Positions 1 to 11,158 are shown, numbered from the stretch's first letter. The stretch is 51,778 nucleotides of DNA from Blastochloris sp. (GCA_012031345.1 JAAUTS010000002.1:1-51778); one strand, 5' to 3'. Numbers and translations are program-made. The notes: a model not told the origin generated them from the letters alone.

Positions 1-317
1 GTAAAGCCTAACGTTCAATAATACGAACAAAATTTAATGTCAGAGAAATTTTAATCAGTGCTTTAGTCATGGCGCGCATCCTGAGCCTGACATATCCCCC
101 CAGTCAAAATTAAAGATAAAAGTTGTTCACAACTCCTTTTACCCTTTCGCAAAGACTTCAACATCAACACCTAACATGATGTGACAATCAGGTGAATTTT
201 TCGGGACGAGAATGACATGATGCACCCTGAACCTCTTTCACTCGCCTAACAGGGCGAACGCAGTTCATGTTGCTTGACAAGAATGGCTTGAATTGGGGTA
301 GCACTGGCATCTAACCC

Positions 318-485
318 GCAAGATCGTGCGTCCCGTCCTTAGGTTCCCGACCCACTGGATCACCACGTCGCGTTGCTTCTCACGATGACGGAAGAGGGGG
401 AGACACCCCTGCTACAGCTGAATTTTAATGCAGCTATCCTGTTAGTTTTGAAGTGGAGGGGAGCCTGGAGGAGGCTTTGTTTTGC
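318..485 (+). ncRNA. Structured non-coding RNA, 6S RNA-like candidate
   Basis: Intergenic ~168 nt whose ends pair: GCAAGAT(318-324)/GTTTTGC(479-485) and TCCTTAGGTTCCC..CCACT(336-356)/AGTGG.GGGGAGCCTGGAGGA(452-472). Three internal hairpins are enclosed. G-U wobbles favour the + strand. TTGACA lies at 274-279. The 6S identity is inferred from size and shape only. Confidence 0.45.
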
Positions 486-532
486 TCTCAGATAGCGGTG
501 TTTATGATGAGAACTGAGCTTGGCAGAGGGAG

Positions 533-1711
533 ATGGAAAGAGTTGGGCAAGTTGGAACTTGGGGGATTCGCGCTATGCTGGGCAGGATGAATTCATGGCG
601 TTTTTGGGCATTTTTTGGAATCCTGCTGAGTTTGTATGGGGCCTTGCATTGTTATGTGGGTTACAGGTTGTGGAGCACTTTGGGGCAGGAGGCTTGGGCC
701 CGAGTCGCTATCGTGGTGGTTTTGGTTCTGGGTTTTTTGAGTTATCCGCTGGGACGATTTTTGGAGAAGCAGGGCTGGATTGGGTTGGGAGAGGCGTTAG
801 GAATGCTGGGCGCCTTTTGGATGGCGGGAGTGGTGTATGCGCTGCTGGGTTTGGCTCTTTTACATTTGATGTATATGGGATTTCCTGGCTTGCCTAAAGG
901 CTGGGGGGAGCTTGGGATCGGGTTGAGCATTGGGGTGTTGCTGATTTGGGGGCATTGGAATGCCACGCAAGGGAAAGTGACCCGGTATGACTTGGAGTCG
1001 TCGAAGGCGTTGCCGGGGGGGCGTTTGAACATGGTGGTGGTTTCGGATATTCACATGGGAAGTCTGGTGAATCGGGAGAGGGTGCAAAGGTTGGTGGAGG
1101 AGATACGTGTTCTGGAGCCGGACATTGTGTTGATGCCGGGAGACTTGCTCGACGAGGATTTGGCGCCAGTGCTGAGGGGAAACCTGGGAGCTTTGCTTGG
1201 GGAGATCAAAGCACGTCACGGGGTGGTTGCTTCGACCGGGAACCATGAATTCATCGGTGGGGTGGAGGAGGGGGTGGCGTATCTGCGGAGCCATGGAGTG
1301 CGTGTGTTGCGGGATGAGGTGGCGGAGCTTGGGGATTTCATGGTGGTGATTGGGCGGGAGGATGTGGCGGCGAAACGATTTGGCTCGGAGCGGGAAGAGC
1401 GGAGTTTGCAGGAGCTGACCCAGGGCCTGGATCCGGGGAAGCTGTGGGTGGTTTTGGATCACACGCCCGTTCGACTGGAGGAGGCGGCGCGGGCAGGGGT
1501 GGATCTTTCGCTCTCGGGGCACACGCATCACGGGCAGTTTTGGCCCTGGAATCTGGTCACGAGCCTGATGTATGAAGTCAGTCGCGGCTACAAGCTCAAG
1601 GCGGGGACTCATGTGGTGGTCTCCAGCGGCTACGGAACCTGGGGACCTCCGGTGCGGATTGGCAGCAGGTCGGAGATTGTACAAATCATACTGAAAACAC
1701 GCACTGAATAA
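533..1711 (+). CDS. Membrane-anchored metallophosphoesterase (calcineurin-like, YkuE-type)
   Basis: N-terminal TM helices; motifs SDIH, PGD, GNHE, DHTP, GHTHHGQ. Confidence 0.9.
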   Translation: MERVGQVGTWGIRAMLGRMNSWRFWAFFGILLSLYGALHCYVGYRLWSTLGQEAWARVAIVVVLVLGFLSYPLGRFLEKQGWIGLGEALGMLGAFWMAGVVYALLGLALLHLMYMGFPGLPKGWGELGIGLSIGVLLIWGHWNATQGKVTRYDLESSKALPGGRLNMVVVSDIHMGSLVNRERVQRLVEEIRVLEPDIVLMPGDLLDEDLAPVLRGNLGALLGEIKARHGVVASTGNHEFIGGVEEGVAYLRSHGVRVLRDEVAELGDFMVVIGREDVAAKRFGSEREERSLQELTQGLDPGKLWVVLDHTPVRLEEAARAGVDLSLSGHTHHGQFWPWNLVTSLMYEVSRGYKLKAGTHVVVSSGYGTWGPPVRIGSRSEIVQIILKTRTE

Positions 1712-1762
1712 GCGTTCAGGGTTTGTTGCCAAAGGATGGACGCTGTGATATTCTCAACACTC

Positions 1763-3859
1763 ATGTCTAAAGACTCCAAAGCACCCAAGGTGCCCAAGTT
1801 ACCCAAAGCCCCTCAACGCAACCCGACGCCCGGCTCCAGCGATGGTCAACCTTCCGGCAACTGGAAAGGCTTGACCCTGTTTTTGATTGCCTCCTCCATC
1901 CTCTTGTTGGCCTTCATGGCCCATCGGATGCAAACCACGGGTTCGGTCAAGGAACTGACTTTCAAAGAGTTCCAGACCCAACTGGAGGAGGGGCAAGTCA
2001 AGTCCGTGCTTCTCTTTGCCGAACCTTCCACGGGAATGGTGCATCTCGAGGGTGAGCTGAAGCCGCTGGGTGCAGTTGATGGAGCGGAGCCGGTTTTGGT
2101 CAATGGGGAACCGCAGGGGCAGAAGTTTAAAACTTTTGTGGTGCTCAGTTTCCAGAAAAATCTGGATGAAATCCTGGCCAAGCACGGCTTCAGCAGCATC
2201 CCGCAAGCTTACAACAACAATCCGACCTGGCAGATCTTGAACTTTCTGCTGCCTTTTCTGCTTTTTATTTTGTTGATGTATTTCTTCTTCCGCCAACAAA
2301 TCAAAATGGCAGGCAAGTCCGCCTTCAACTTCGGCAAGAGTAAGGCCAAGATGATGAACAAGGACAAAAATAAGATCACCTTCAAGGATGTGGCCGGGGT
2401 GGATGAGGCGAAGGAAGAGGTCAGCGAAATTGTAGAGTTCTTGAAAGATCCCAAAAAATTCCAGCGTCTCGGTGGTCGTATTCCCAAGGGTATTCTGATG
2501 GTGGGTTCCCCCGGCACAGGCAAAACGCTGTTGGCTAAAGCTATCGCGGGTGAGGCGGATGTTCCTTTCTACGGCATCAGTGGTTCGGACTTTGTGGAGA
2601 TGTTTGTCGGCGTGGGAGCCTCCCGGGTTCGTGACATGTTTGAACAGGGACGCAAATCAGCCCCTTGCCTGATCTTCATTGACGAAATCGATGCGGTGGG
2701 TCGCAGTCGTGGCCATGGCCTGGGCGGCGGACATGATGAACGTGAGCAGACCTTGAACGCCATGTTGGTTGAAATGGACGGGATCGACACCCAGGAGGGG
2801 GTCATCATCATCGCCGCCACCAACCGCAAGGACGTGCTCGACCCGGCTTTGTTGCGTCCCGGACGCTTTGATCGTGAAGTCATCATCAGCCTGCCGGATG
2901 TCAAAGGTCGCGAGCAGATTCTTCGGGTTCATGCCAAGAAGGTGAAGCATGCCGAGAACGTGGATTGGGCGGTGATTGGGCGAGGCACACCGGGCTTTTC
3001 CGGGGCGGAACTGGCCAACCTGATCAATGAAGCGGCTCTGCTGGCGGCGCGGCGCGGGGCGGAAGCGATTGAGATGTCTGATCTGGAGGAGGCCCGCGAC
3101 AAGGTTCGTTGGGGTCGCGAACGTCGCAGCATGGCCATGACGGAGGAGGAAAAGAAAAACACCGCCTACCATGAAGCGGGACACGCCATTCTGAGTGTGT
3201 TGTTGGAAAACACCGATCCGCTGCACAAGGTGACCATCATTCCCCGCGGCCCATCCCTGGGCGTGACCATGTCGCTCCCGGAAAAGGATGCGGTGAGTTA
3301 TTATCGCAAGAAGATGTTAGATATGATGTGCATGATCATGGGCGGACGCGTGGCGGAAGAAGTCTTCCTGGGAGATGTCTGCAGCGGTGCCTCCATGGAC
3401 ATCCGCCAGGCCACCATGATCGCCCGGAAGATGGTTTGTGAGTGGGGCATGAGCGAGAAGCTGGGCATGGTGAACTACGGGGAGAACGACGACTACGTTT
3501 TCCTTGGACGCGAAATTTCCAAGTCCCGCAGCTACAGCGAAGCGACAGCCCAGGAAATTGACAGTGAAGTGAGAGGATTGGTTAGCGAAGCCCATGAAAA
3601 GGCCCGCAGCCTGATCTCTGAACACCGGGACAAGGTGCAGGCTATCGCCTTGGCCTTGATGGAATACGAAACTCTCGATGGCAAACAGGTCGAGGACATC
3701 GTGCGCACGGGTCGGATGAGCAATCCTCCGCCGAAAAACGTGAGTCCGCCCGCCACACCATTGCCGGATGAAACTTTGGATGCCGCGCCCAAACCGGAGA
3801 AGAAGAAGGATGACGACGGCCTTTTACCCGGATTGCAGGGTGCTCCCGCCGGAGCCTGA
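1763..3859 (+). CDS. ftsH: ATP-dependent zinc metalloprotease FtsH
   Basis: Two TM helices, Walker A GSPGTGKT, Walker [24 protein letters not shown] zinc motif; alternative start at 1736. Confidence 0.97.
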   Translation: MSKDSKAPKVPKLPKAPQRNPTPGSSDGQPSGNWKGLTLFLIASSILLLAFMAHRMQTTGSVKELTFKEFQTQLEEGQVKSVLLFAEPSTGMVHLEGELKPLGAVDGAEPVLVNGEPQGQKFKTFVVLSFQKNLDEILAKHGFSSIPQAYNNNPTWQILNFLLPFLLFILLMYFFFRQQIKMAGKSAFNFGKSKAKMMNKDKNKITFKDVAGVDEAKEEVSEIVEFLKDPKKFQRLGGRIPKGILMVGSPGTGKTLLAKAIAGEADVPFYGISGSDFVEMFVGVGASRVRDMFEQGRKSAPCLIFIDEIDAVGRSRGHGLGGGHDEREQTLNAMLVEMDGIDTQEGVIIIAATNRKDVLDPALLRPGRFDREVIISLPDVKGREQILRVHAKKVKHAENVDWAVIGRGTPGFSGAELANLINEAALLAARRGAEAIEMSDLEEARDKVRWGRERRSMAMTEEEKKNTAYHEAGHAILSVLLENTDPLHKVTIIPRGPSLGVTMSLPEKDAVSYYRKKMLDMMCMIMGGRVAEEVFLGDVCSGASMDIRQATMIARKMVCEWGMSEKLGMVNYGENDDYVFLGREISKSRSYSEATAQEIDSEVRGLVSEAHEKARSLISEHRDKVQAIALALMEYETLDGKQVEDIVRTGRMSNPPPKNVSPPATPLPDETLDAAPKPEKKKDDDGLLPGLQGAPAGA

Positions 3860-3923
3860 GTTTTGTTCTGAGAAAGGGTCCGCTCGGTTCCCTGGTTTTT
3901 GGACGGAGACTTGAGGATTCCTC

Positions 3924-4769
3924 ATGACATGGAAACATGCCCAAGGCCGCTTTGAGATGGGATCGAGTCCCCTGCTCATGGGGATCGTGAATCTGACGCC
4001 TGATTCTTTTTCCGACGGCGGCGTGTTTCATCAAGTGGACAAGGCTCTGGCTCGTATTGAGGTTTTGAGAGAGGAGGGGATGGATCTGGTGGATCTGGGG
4101 GCGGAATCGACCCGACCGGGGGCCTCTCCTGTTTCGTGGAGGAAGAGTGGCGGCGACTGGAGGCGGTGTTGAAGGGAACGCTGGCGCGTTGGCCGGATCT
4201 GGTGGTATCGGTGGATACCTACAAACGGAGGTTGCCCGGCGAGCCTTGGCGGAAGGGGCGGCGATTATTAATGACGTGGGGGAGGGTTTTGGGATGAGGG
4301 TATGGCGGAGTTGTTAGCTGAATACAAGGAGGCGGGATATGTCTGCATGCACAGCCAAGGTCGGCCCCAGACCATGCAGCAAAATCCCGTATATACCGAA
4401 CATGACGTGGTGGGAGAGTTGGAACATTTTTTTAAGGAACGCATCCGGGCCTTTGCTCAAAGATGCGGCAACTTGGAGCGATTGGCGATTGATCCGGGGA
4501 TAGGGTTTGGGAAAACCTTGTCCCATAACCTAGCAATCATCGGCGGGGCTCAACGCTTTCAAGAACTGGGTCAGCCCGTGGTCTGGGGCCTGTCCCGCAA
4601 GTCCTTTGTTTCTCAGGCACTGGGAGTGGGGGCCGGGGAGCGATTGATCGGCAGTCTGGGTGCCTCGGCCCGTTTACTTCACGCGGGAGGCTCTCAAATC
4701 TGGCGGGTTCACGACGTGGCGGCGCACCAACAATTTATCCGTATGTGGTCCGCTTGCTCCTCTGGCTAG
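3924..4769 (+). CDS. folP: Dihydropteroate synthase (split by indels, probably sequencing errors)
   Basis: [36 protein letters not shown] and RVHDV across ORFs 3924-4172 and 4302-4769; ftsH-folP synteny. Confidence 0.92.
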
Positions 4770-4772
4770 GGA

Positions 4773-4806
4773 GTCTTCTGGCACAGAAGGCCTAAACTTT
4801 CTTTTT
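4773..4806 (+). terminator. Possible intrinsic terminator after folP
   Basis: GTCTTCTG-gca-CAGAAGGC hairpin followed by a T-rich tract. Confidence 0.3.
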
Positions 4807-4950
4807 CAGATTAGTCAGCCTTGCTTCAGGGAGTGAGGCGCATGGACGGGAAGACTCAAGGCGGCAGGTGATCAACCAGCCGCAGCGAGCGAATTCCGTT
4901 TCGTTTTCCCAAGGGCAAGAGTTCCGTTGGGTTCAAGGTTTAAGCTTGAG

Positions 4951-6109
4951 TTAGGAAACGAACTTTTTGATGAGTTGCAGACCCTTTTCCAGATTCTCCA
5001 TGCTGGTGGCGTAGGAGATGCGGATGGTCTTGTCATCCCCGAAGGCGAGGCCGGGAACGACGGCGACTTTTTCTTCTTCCAGCAAGTCTTTGGGCAAACT
5101 TGGAGGAGGTCATGCCGGTGGCGGAGATGTCCACCAGGAAGTAGAAAGCTCCCATGGGTTTGACGTAACTGAGGGAGGAGATGCCATCGAGGATTTCACA
5201 AACCCGGGCGCGACGTTTGCTGTATTCTTTGAGCATGTCGCTGACGCAATCCTGGGGTCCTTTGTAGGCGGCCCAGGCACCTTTTTGGGCAAAGGAGGTG
5301 GGGTTGGAGGTGGAGTGGCTTTGCAGGGACTCAATCTTGGCCGCGATGTTTTTCGGTGCTGCGACATAGCCGAGACGCCAGCCGGTCATGGAGTAGGGTT
5401 TGCTGAAGCCGTTGATAGTGAGGACTTGTTCGTAGATGTCCTTACTGAAGCTGGCGATGGAGACGTGTTTGGCGTCGTCGTAGATCAGTTTTTCGTAGAT
5501 TTCATCGGAAAGGATGAGCATGTCTTCGTCCAGGGCCACATCGGCCAGAGCGGCCAGTTCATTTTCTGTATAGACGGCGCCAGTGGGATTGCCGGGGCTG
5601 TTCAGGATGAGCATTTTGGTCAGGGGGCTCATGTATTCCAGGAATTGGTCCGGGGTAATTTTGTAACCGCTTTCCGCCGTGGTGGGAACAATGACAGGTT
5701 CACCACCGACGAGTTTGACCATCTCCGGGTAGCTGGTCCAGTAGGGGGCGGGGATGAGCACTTCATCGCCGGGGTTGATGCTGGCCAGTAGGGCATTGTA
5801 ACAGGCGTGTTTGGCACCGCAGGTCACGATGATCTGGGAAGGGTCGTAATCCAACTGGTTGTCCGCCTTGAGTTTGTCGCTAATGGCGGCGCGCAGTTCG
5901 GGGATACCGGCGGCGGGGGTGTATTTGGTGAATCCGGCATCGAGAGAGCCCATGGCAGCGGCTTTGATGTGCTCCGGGGTGTCAAAATCGGGTTCTCCCG
6001 CGGCGAAGGCGATGACATCCAGCCCTTCGGTTTTCATGGCTTTGGCTTTGGCATCAATGGCCAGCGTCAAGGAGGGCGATAACTTTTCTGCGCGTTCTGA
6101 GATTTCCAT
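4951..6109 (-). CDS. PLP-dependent aminotransferase class I/II (aspartate aminotransferase-like); indel near 5090
   Basis: GEPDFDTP, NSPGNPTG, DEIYE, NGFSKPYSMTGWRLG; the C-terminus EEEKVAVVPGLAFG..RISYATS continues in another frame to the stop at 4951. Confidence 0.92.
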
Positions 6110-6264
6110 AGGGAGAAAAACGTACACAAGGCGATGGAATGAGGCGAGTTCTTTTCTCGAAAAAGTTCCGAGGGGGGGAGGGGGGAGTAGTTTCGGGTTT
6201 CGGGTTGAAAGGGGATTTCTGATTTCGAATTGAGGGAGTTACTACTTACGGAAAACTATCCCTC

Positions 6265-6298
6265 TTGACAAATTCACAACTTTCAGTATTATCTGAAA
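6265..6298 (+). promoter_or_regulatory. Sigma70-type promoter with overlapping palindromic operator
   Basis: TTGACA(6265-6270)-16 nt-TATTAT(6287-6292); inverted repeat TTTCAG-N6-CTGAAA (6281-6298) spans the -10. Confidence 0.7.
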
Positions 6299-6305
6299 AT
6301 ATAGT

Positions 6306-6830
6306 ATGAGTCAGGAGTTAAAAACCCCTCTGTCGCAGGCCAAAGATGACTTTGTCACCCAGTGGGGGGCGATTGGGAGTGCCTGGGGGATCAATCGCAC
6401 GATGGCACAGATTCATGCCTTGCTGATGGTCACGGCCCGGCCTCTGAGCACGGATGAAGTCATGGATGAGCTGAAGATCAGCCGTGGAAATGCGCACAGC
6501 AATTTACGCGAATTAATCGGCTGGGGTTTGATCCGCAGTGTGATTCGTAAGGGTGAGAGGAAGGAATATTTTGAAGCGGAAAAGGATGTCTGGAAGATGT
6601 TTTGCATCATTGTGCGGGAACGGAAACGTCGCGAGATCGACCCCGCGCTGGAGGTGTTGACCAGGTGCCGCCAGGCGACCAAGGGCTTGAAGGGGGAGGA
6701 GGCGGAGGTTTTCCAAAAGCAGATTGCGGCTTTGAGTGACTTTGTGGCGGTGGCGAACCGGGTCATGGACAAGGTGGCCAATGGCTCGGAAAGCCAGCTC
6801 ATGCCTTTGGCTTTGAAGATGATCAAATGA
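6306..6830 (+). CDS. GbsR/MarR-family transcriptional regulator
   Basis: WG..WGINRTMAQIHALL, winged HTH ISRGNAHSNLRELIGWGLI, GERKEYF. Confidence 0.88.
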   Translation: MSQELKTPLSQAKDDFVTQWGAIGSAWGINRTMAQIHALLMVTARPLSTDEVMDELKISRGNAHSNLRELIGWGLIRSVIRKGERKEYFEAEKDVWKMFCIIVRERKRREIDPALEVLTRCRQATKGLKGEEAEVFQKQIAALSDFVAVANRVMDKVANGSESQLMPLALKMIK

Positions 6831-6848
6831 AATCATTTTGCCATCAAC

Positions 6849-6866
6849 TTTCAAATTTTATTGAAA
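6849..6866. promoter_or_regulatory. Second operator-like palindrome
   Basis: TTTCAA-N6-TTGAAA, same geometry as the 6281-6298 site, located between the regulator and the next gene. Confidence 0.6.
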
Positions 6867-6890
6867 CTACAAAAAGAAAGGGAAATTAAA

Positions 6891-7286
6891 ATGAATGCGG
6901 TGGTTTGGACTTACATTGTTTATCTGGCACTGAGCCTCTTCCTGACGGTCTGGGTGGCTCACACTTTACATCGAAATGGCAGAGTCTTCCTGGTCGATGC
7001 TTTTCATGGGAACGAAACCCTGGCCGATTCGGTCAATCATCTTTTGGTGGTGGGTTTCTACCTGATCAATATCGGCTTTGTCAGCTTTGTCCTCAAGACG
7101 GGCGAAGCCATCACCACGGTGCAGGTCAGTTTTGAAATTCTGAGTGGCAAGATGGGCACGGTGTTGCTGGTTCTGGGGCTGATGCACTTTTTCAACCTCT
7201 TCCTCTTTTCGAGGCTACGTCGCCGGGCCCAGCTCGGAGCAGTGCCGCCTCCGGTGCCGCCGACTCAAAGAATTCCGGTGCTGTGA
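6891..7286 (+). CDS. Conserved hypothetical membrane protein
   Basis: Three hydrophobic segments; NGRVFLVDAF...LADSVNHLLVVGFYLINIG block; purine-rich RBS upstream. Confidence 0.75.
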   Translation: MNAVVWTYIVYLALSLFLTVWVAHTLHRNGRVFLVDAFHGNETLADSVNHLLVVGFYLINIGFVSFVLKTGEAITTVQVSFEILSGKMGTVLLVLGLMHFFNLFLFSRLRRRAQLGAVPPPVPPTQRIPVL

Positions 7287-7308
7287 TGTTGAAACCAGGG
7301 AATATCCA

Positions 7309-7797
7309 ATGAAAAAAATGACCTTACTTTATGACGCCAGTTGTGGCATCTGCCGTGAATCGCGGACCTGGCTGGAAACCCAGAATACCTGGATCCAACT
7401 GGAGTTCCTGGCCCTGCAATCGCCCGACTTGAGCATCCGTTTCCCTGGCATTGAGAAGTATCGACCGATGGAACAGTTGCTCGTGGTGGGAGAAGGGGGT
7501 GAACTTTATCAAGGGGCTGATGCCTGGATCATGGTGTTGTATGCCTTGGTGGAGTATCGCGAGCTTTCGCTCAAGTTAGCTCATCCGATTCTGAAACCTT
7601 TTGCCCGAAAAGCCTATGAAGCCGTGGCGCGGAACAGGCATGTCTTATCGGCTTTTCTTGGCAAAAGTGAAGGGGATGAAGAAGCCCTGAAGACGGTTTT
7701 GGAAAATCAGGACTCGGCCCGCTGGCTCTGTCAGTGTGATGGAGAATGCCATGTCCTGCGCCCTGGGGAAGCGGGACGGAATCGGAGGGCGGCATGA
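7309..7797 (+). CDS. DCC1-like thiol-disulfide oxidoreductase (DUF393)
   Basis: N-terminal YDASCGIC (DxxCxxC); YEAVARNRH. Confidence 0.85.
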   Translation: MKKMTLLYDASCGICRESRTWLETQNTWIQLEFLALQSPDLSIRFPGIEKYRPMEQLLVVGEGGELYQGADAWIMVLYALVEYRELSLKLAHPILKPFARKAYEAVARNRHVLSAFLGKSEGDEEALKTVLENQDSARWLCQCDGECHVLRPGEAGRNRRAA

Positions 7798-8291
7798 GCG
7801 GGGCTGTTCGTCGAGTCCGAAGGCCGTGGTGGCGACAAATCCTAGGGATCTTGGTTTCGTTGCTGGCGGGTTGGGTGACGGGATTGGGGGCTTTGGTTCC
7901 TTTTGCTTTGATTTTTTTCCAGCGTGAATGGAGAGGGGAAGCCTATTGGTTATTATTTTACTTCGCGCTGTTCAGTCTGCCCGTGATTCTGGCGGCGGGG
8001 CTGCTGGTGTTTACGCCTGTGTATTGTTGTTTGAGTGGAGAATCTTCATTTTGGAAAGTCAGCAATGCATGTTGGCTGGGCGCGGGCTCGGGTTTGGGGA
8101 TCATGCTTCTGCTGGTTTTGGGGACAGCCTGGGCCGCAGCTTGGAGAGAGGGAAGTGTTTTGAATTTCGAGGATCTCGCGGAACCGATGATTGGGATGAT
8201 GCTGGTGGGAGCCATAGGCACAGGCCTGGGTGCGGCTTGGGTGGCGGCCCGGACCCGATTTTATTTCAGGGAGCTGGAAGGAGAGCTGTGA
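7794..8291 (+). CDS. Hypothetical membrane protein
   Basis: About four TM segments; ATGA overlap with the upstream stop. Confidence 0.65.
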   Translation: MSGAVRRVRRPWWRQILGILVSLLAGWVTGLGALVPFALIFFQREWRGEAYWLLFYFALFSLPVILAAGLLVFTPVYCCLSGESSFWKVSNACWLGAGSGLGIMLLLVLGTAWAAAWREGSVLNFEDLAEPMIGMMLVGAIGTGLGAAWVAARTRFYFRELEGEL

Positions 8292-8854
8292 TGAAAGTTT
8301 TTTGGTGGGGTCTGACGGATTTCCGGACACAGGCGATTCAGTGGCAGAATCACGCATGGAGTTGGTCCGGGATTCCTTGGGCGGGCTGGACGGTGATGAG
8401 TCTGATGGCAGTGATGGGATCGCTGATCTATGGATATGCCTTGGTCACAACGGCGGGCCTGTCGATGGGTTGGGAGGGCGGTGTCCTGGTGGCGGTTCCG
8501 GCCGGGTTGGGTTGGTGTGTGCTGGGTTTGGCCTTGCTGGGGTTGACCAAGAGGCACCCTATTTTTCTGGCACAAGTCTGTTTGGTCAGCATGTTTTGGG
8601 GGGAAATCTGGTTGTTGTGTGGAGCGGTGCTGAATTTGGCGGTGATTGATGCGCTGGGCTGGTCCGATCGAGAGGTGTGGTTTTTTAATGGAATCTGGAT
8701 TTTGCTTTCCAATCTTTTGATGTTTTTCGTTTGGAGTGTGTCCTTGATTCAGGTGGGGGAATCCTGGAGGAAACTCCTTTTCCTTTGGCTGGTTGTATTG
8801 AATGGAACAGGGCTGTTGGCCTTTTTTCTGTTGCGATCCCTTTGGAGACTATGA
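8291..8854 (+). CDS. Hypothetical membrane protein
   Basis: About five TM segments from ATG 8291; coupled to both neighbours. Confidence 0.65.
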   Translation: MKVFWWGLTDFRTQAIQWQNHAWSWSGIPWAGWTVMSLMAVMGSLIYGYALVTTAGLSMGWEGGVLVAVPAGLGWCVLGLALLGLTKRHPIFLAQVCLVSMFWGEIWLLCGAVLNLAVIDALGWSDREVWFFNGIWILLSNLLMFFVWSVSLIQVGESWRKLLFLWLVVLNGTGLLAFFLLRSLWRL

Positions 8855-9582
8855 TGAACATCAAGCATCCCGTGGCCATGTGGGGAAGAATCCAGCGATG
8901 CTGGCTCCTGTCTTATCGGGCACCCAGGGAAGAAGTCGCCGCGCGTCTGCCTGAACCTCTGCAGCCAGTGACCAAGGAGGGTTTTGGTTTTTATAATGTA
9001 GTGATTTGTCAGATTCATAAGATGAGGCCCTGGCCTTTACCGCCGTGGTGTGGGTTCAGTTACTGGCATGTGGCCTACCGAATCCAGGCACAATTTCAGA
9101 GCTTGGATGGAAGCTGGGTGCAGGGACTTTATTTTCTCCGCAGCGACTGCGATCTAGCCTGGCTGGTTCCGCTGGGGAATTTTTGTTCAGATTTTCGTTT
9201 TCATCAGGCACGGATCCTGTGTGAAGAAGGTGGGGGCTCCACCCGGATTGAGGTGAAATCGCCTGGTGCCTCCATGTGTGTGGACATCCCGAACCGTGAG
9301 CCCCGGAAGCCTGTGGCGGGGAGTCCTTTTGCCTCCGTGGAGGAAGCAGCTCGTTTTCTCAAGTATCAGCCGAGGGGATTGGGCGAACCGAGAGGGGGTG
9401 TTGTGCCAGTGTTGCAGATACGTCGGAAGGAGGAGGCATGGAAATACTGCGTGAAAGAGCTGCGGATCGATAAAATGGAATTTTTAGAAGGATCCAAGGC
9501 CGTGCCGGAGTTGTGCACCCAGGTGGAAGCGATTGATTATGTCTGGGGCAGGGCGGAGATGCTTGCCTCGGCCCCTCGTTAA
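8851..9582 (+). CDS. DUF2071 / YqjF-like protein
   Basis: LLSYR..EEVAARLPEPL, HVAYRI, GLYFLRSD pattern. Confidence 0.7.
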   Translation: MMNIKHPVAMWGRIQRCWLLSYRAPREEVAARLPEPLQPVTKEGFGFYNVVICQIHKMRPWPLPPWCGFSYWHVAYRIQAQFQSLDGSWVQGLYFLRSDCDLAWLVPLGNFCSDFRFHQARILCEEGGGSTRIEVKSPGASMCVDIPNREPRKPVAGSPFASVEEAARFLKYQPRGLGEPRGGVVPVLQIRRKEEAWKYCVKELRIDKMEFLEGSKAVPELCTQVEAIDYVWGRAEMLASAPR

Positions 9583-9655
9583 AGCGCACAAGAAGGATTT
9601 TTACCAACTTTGTCTTTGTCACATGGTTGTGACATGGTGGGAATAGAGTTAGTCT

Positions 9656-11128
9656 GTGAGCGTGGATGCCATCAGCCCTGAAGTGTGGATCAAGGAACGA
9701 TATCGCGTGGTGCAGGCGATTGGGGCCGGAGGTTTGGGGCAGGTTTTTTACGGAATGGATGAGCAGTTGCAGCGTCCTGTGGCGATCAAACGTTTGAAGG
9801 AAGGGGGCTACATCCATGAGAAGTATCGGGATGGTTGGGTTGAGGCGCGGGCCCTGGCCAGTCTGCAGCATCCCAATGTTGTGACTCTCTTTGACTTCGG
9901 TGAAGATGAAGAAGGTGCGTATTTCATCATGGAATACATCGCGGGGGAGACCATTGAAAAACTGGCCACCATGACCCGCTTCACTGAGAAAGAGTTTGTC
10001 AACATCGCCCGGCAATGTCTGGTGGGAATTGCCGCCGCGCATGAGCTGGGTTTGGTGCATCGGGATATCAAGCCGACCAACATCATGTTGGTGCAAGGGG
10101 CGGCGGGGCAAACGCTGGTCAAGATTTTGGATTTCGGTCTGGCCAAGTTCCAAAAAGTCCCTGAGCCGCAAACGACGGATCATGACAACAACCTGCTCGG
10201 CTCGATTTATTACATGGCACCGGAGCAGTTCAGCCGGGCACCTGTGGATGGCGGGCGGACTTGTACTCGCTGGGCAATGTTTTTTATTATGCCATGACCG
10301 GGCGCATGGCTCATGCGGCGGATTCGGTGGAGCAGATTATTTTTTCACATCTCATGCACCAACCCCATTCCTGTCAACGAGTATCGTCCTGACTTGAATC
10401 CGGCCCTGGCTCTGTGGATTCATCAATTGATGAAAAAAGATCCCTTGGAACGTCCTCAAGATGCGGGGGAGGCACTGCGTTATCTGGAAGACTTGGAGAA
10501 TGCGGTGTTGACCCGGCAGGTTCAGGCCGCTCCGGCCACTCACAACCGTCAGGGGCGTTCGGGTTCGGGCGGAGGCAAGCCATGGATGCTGGGGCTGTGG
10601 ATCGGCTTGCCTGTTTTGTTAGTGGGAGCTTTGGCCGTTTGGTTTTTATCCCAGCCCAAGGCAGAGCAGCTGGAAGCTCCGGTCGCCGTGCCAATAGTTC
10701 CAGTGACGGAAACAGTTCCCCCCGAGCCTGAGCCTCCCCAGGTCATCAGTGATCCCCTGCCTCAACGTGTGGAGTCCGTGCCGGAGCCGATCCAGACGGA
10801 GCCGAAAGTGGAGGCAGCGTTCTTGGACCCCCTCGATACGGAGGCGGTCCGCGCTGCGGTGGGACAAACGAGGGAGGTGGAGGGGCGCCCGGTGCGCTTG
10901 GGGGAGAACAAGGCGGGGACGATTCTTTATTTGAATTTTTCAGAAAATTTCCGCAACACCCTGACCTTGGTTTTCTTCATCAAGGATCAAGCTCCGGGAT
11001 TTGGCCGGGAAAGTCTGGAGCCTTATCTGAACAAAAAAATCCGAATCAAGGCCGAGATCAGCGAATACAATGGTGCGCCTCAGATCAAAGTGGATTCCCT
11101 GGATCAAATGCAAATGGTGCAGGATTGA
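9656..11128 (+). CDS. Hanks-type Ser/Thr protein kinase with TM helix and C-terminal OB-fold-like domain (indels near 10255 and 10360)
   Basis: GAGGLG, VAIK, HRDIKPTN, DFG, YMAPE, then DLYSLG in a shifted frame; TM WMLGLWIGLPVLLVGALAVWF; Pro-rich linker. Confidence 0.88.
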
Positions 11129-11158
11129 TGCGATGGCTGACCCGGAAATGGGTGCGGT

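Noticed and set aside
1-200. Possible oriC (AT-rich, TTGTTCACA at 123-131)
   Set aside because: Only one imperfect DnaA-box-like site and no dnaA/dnaN context in view
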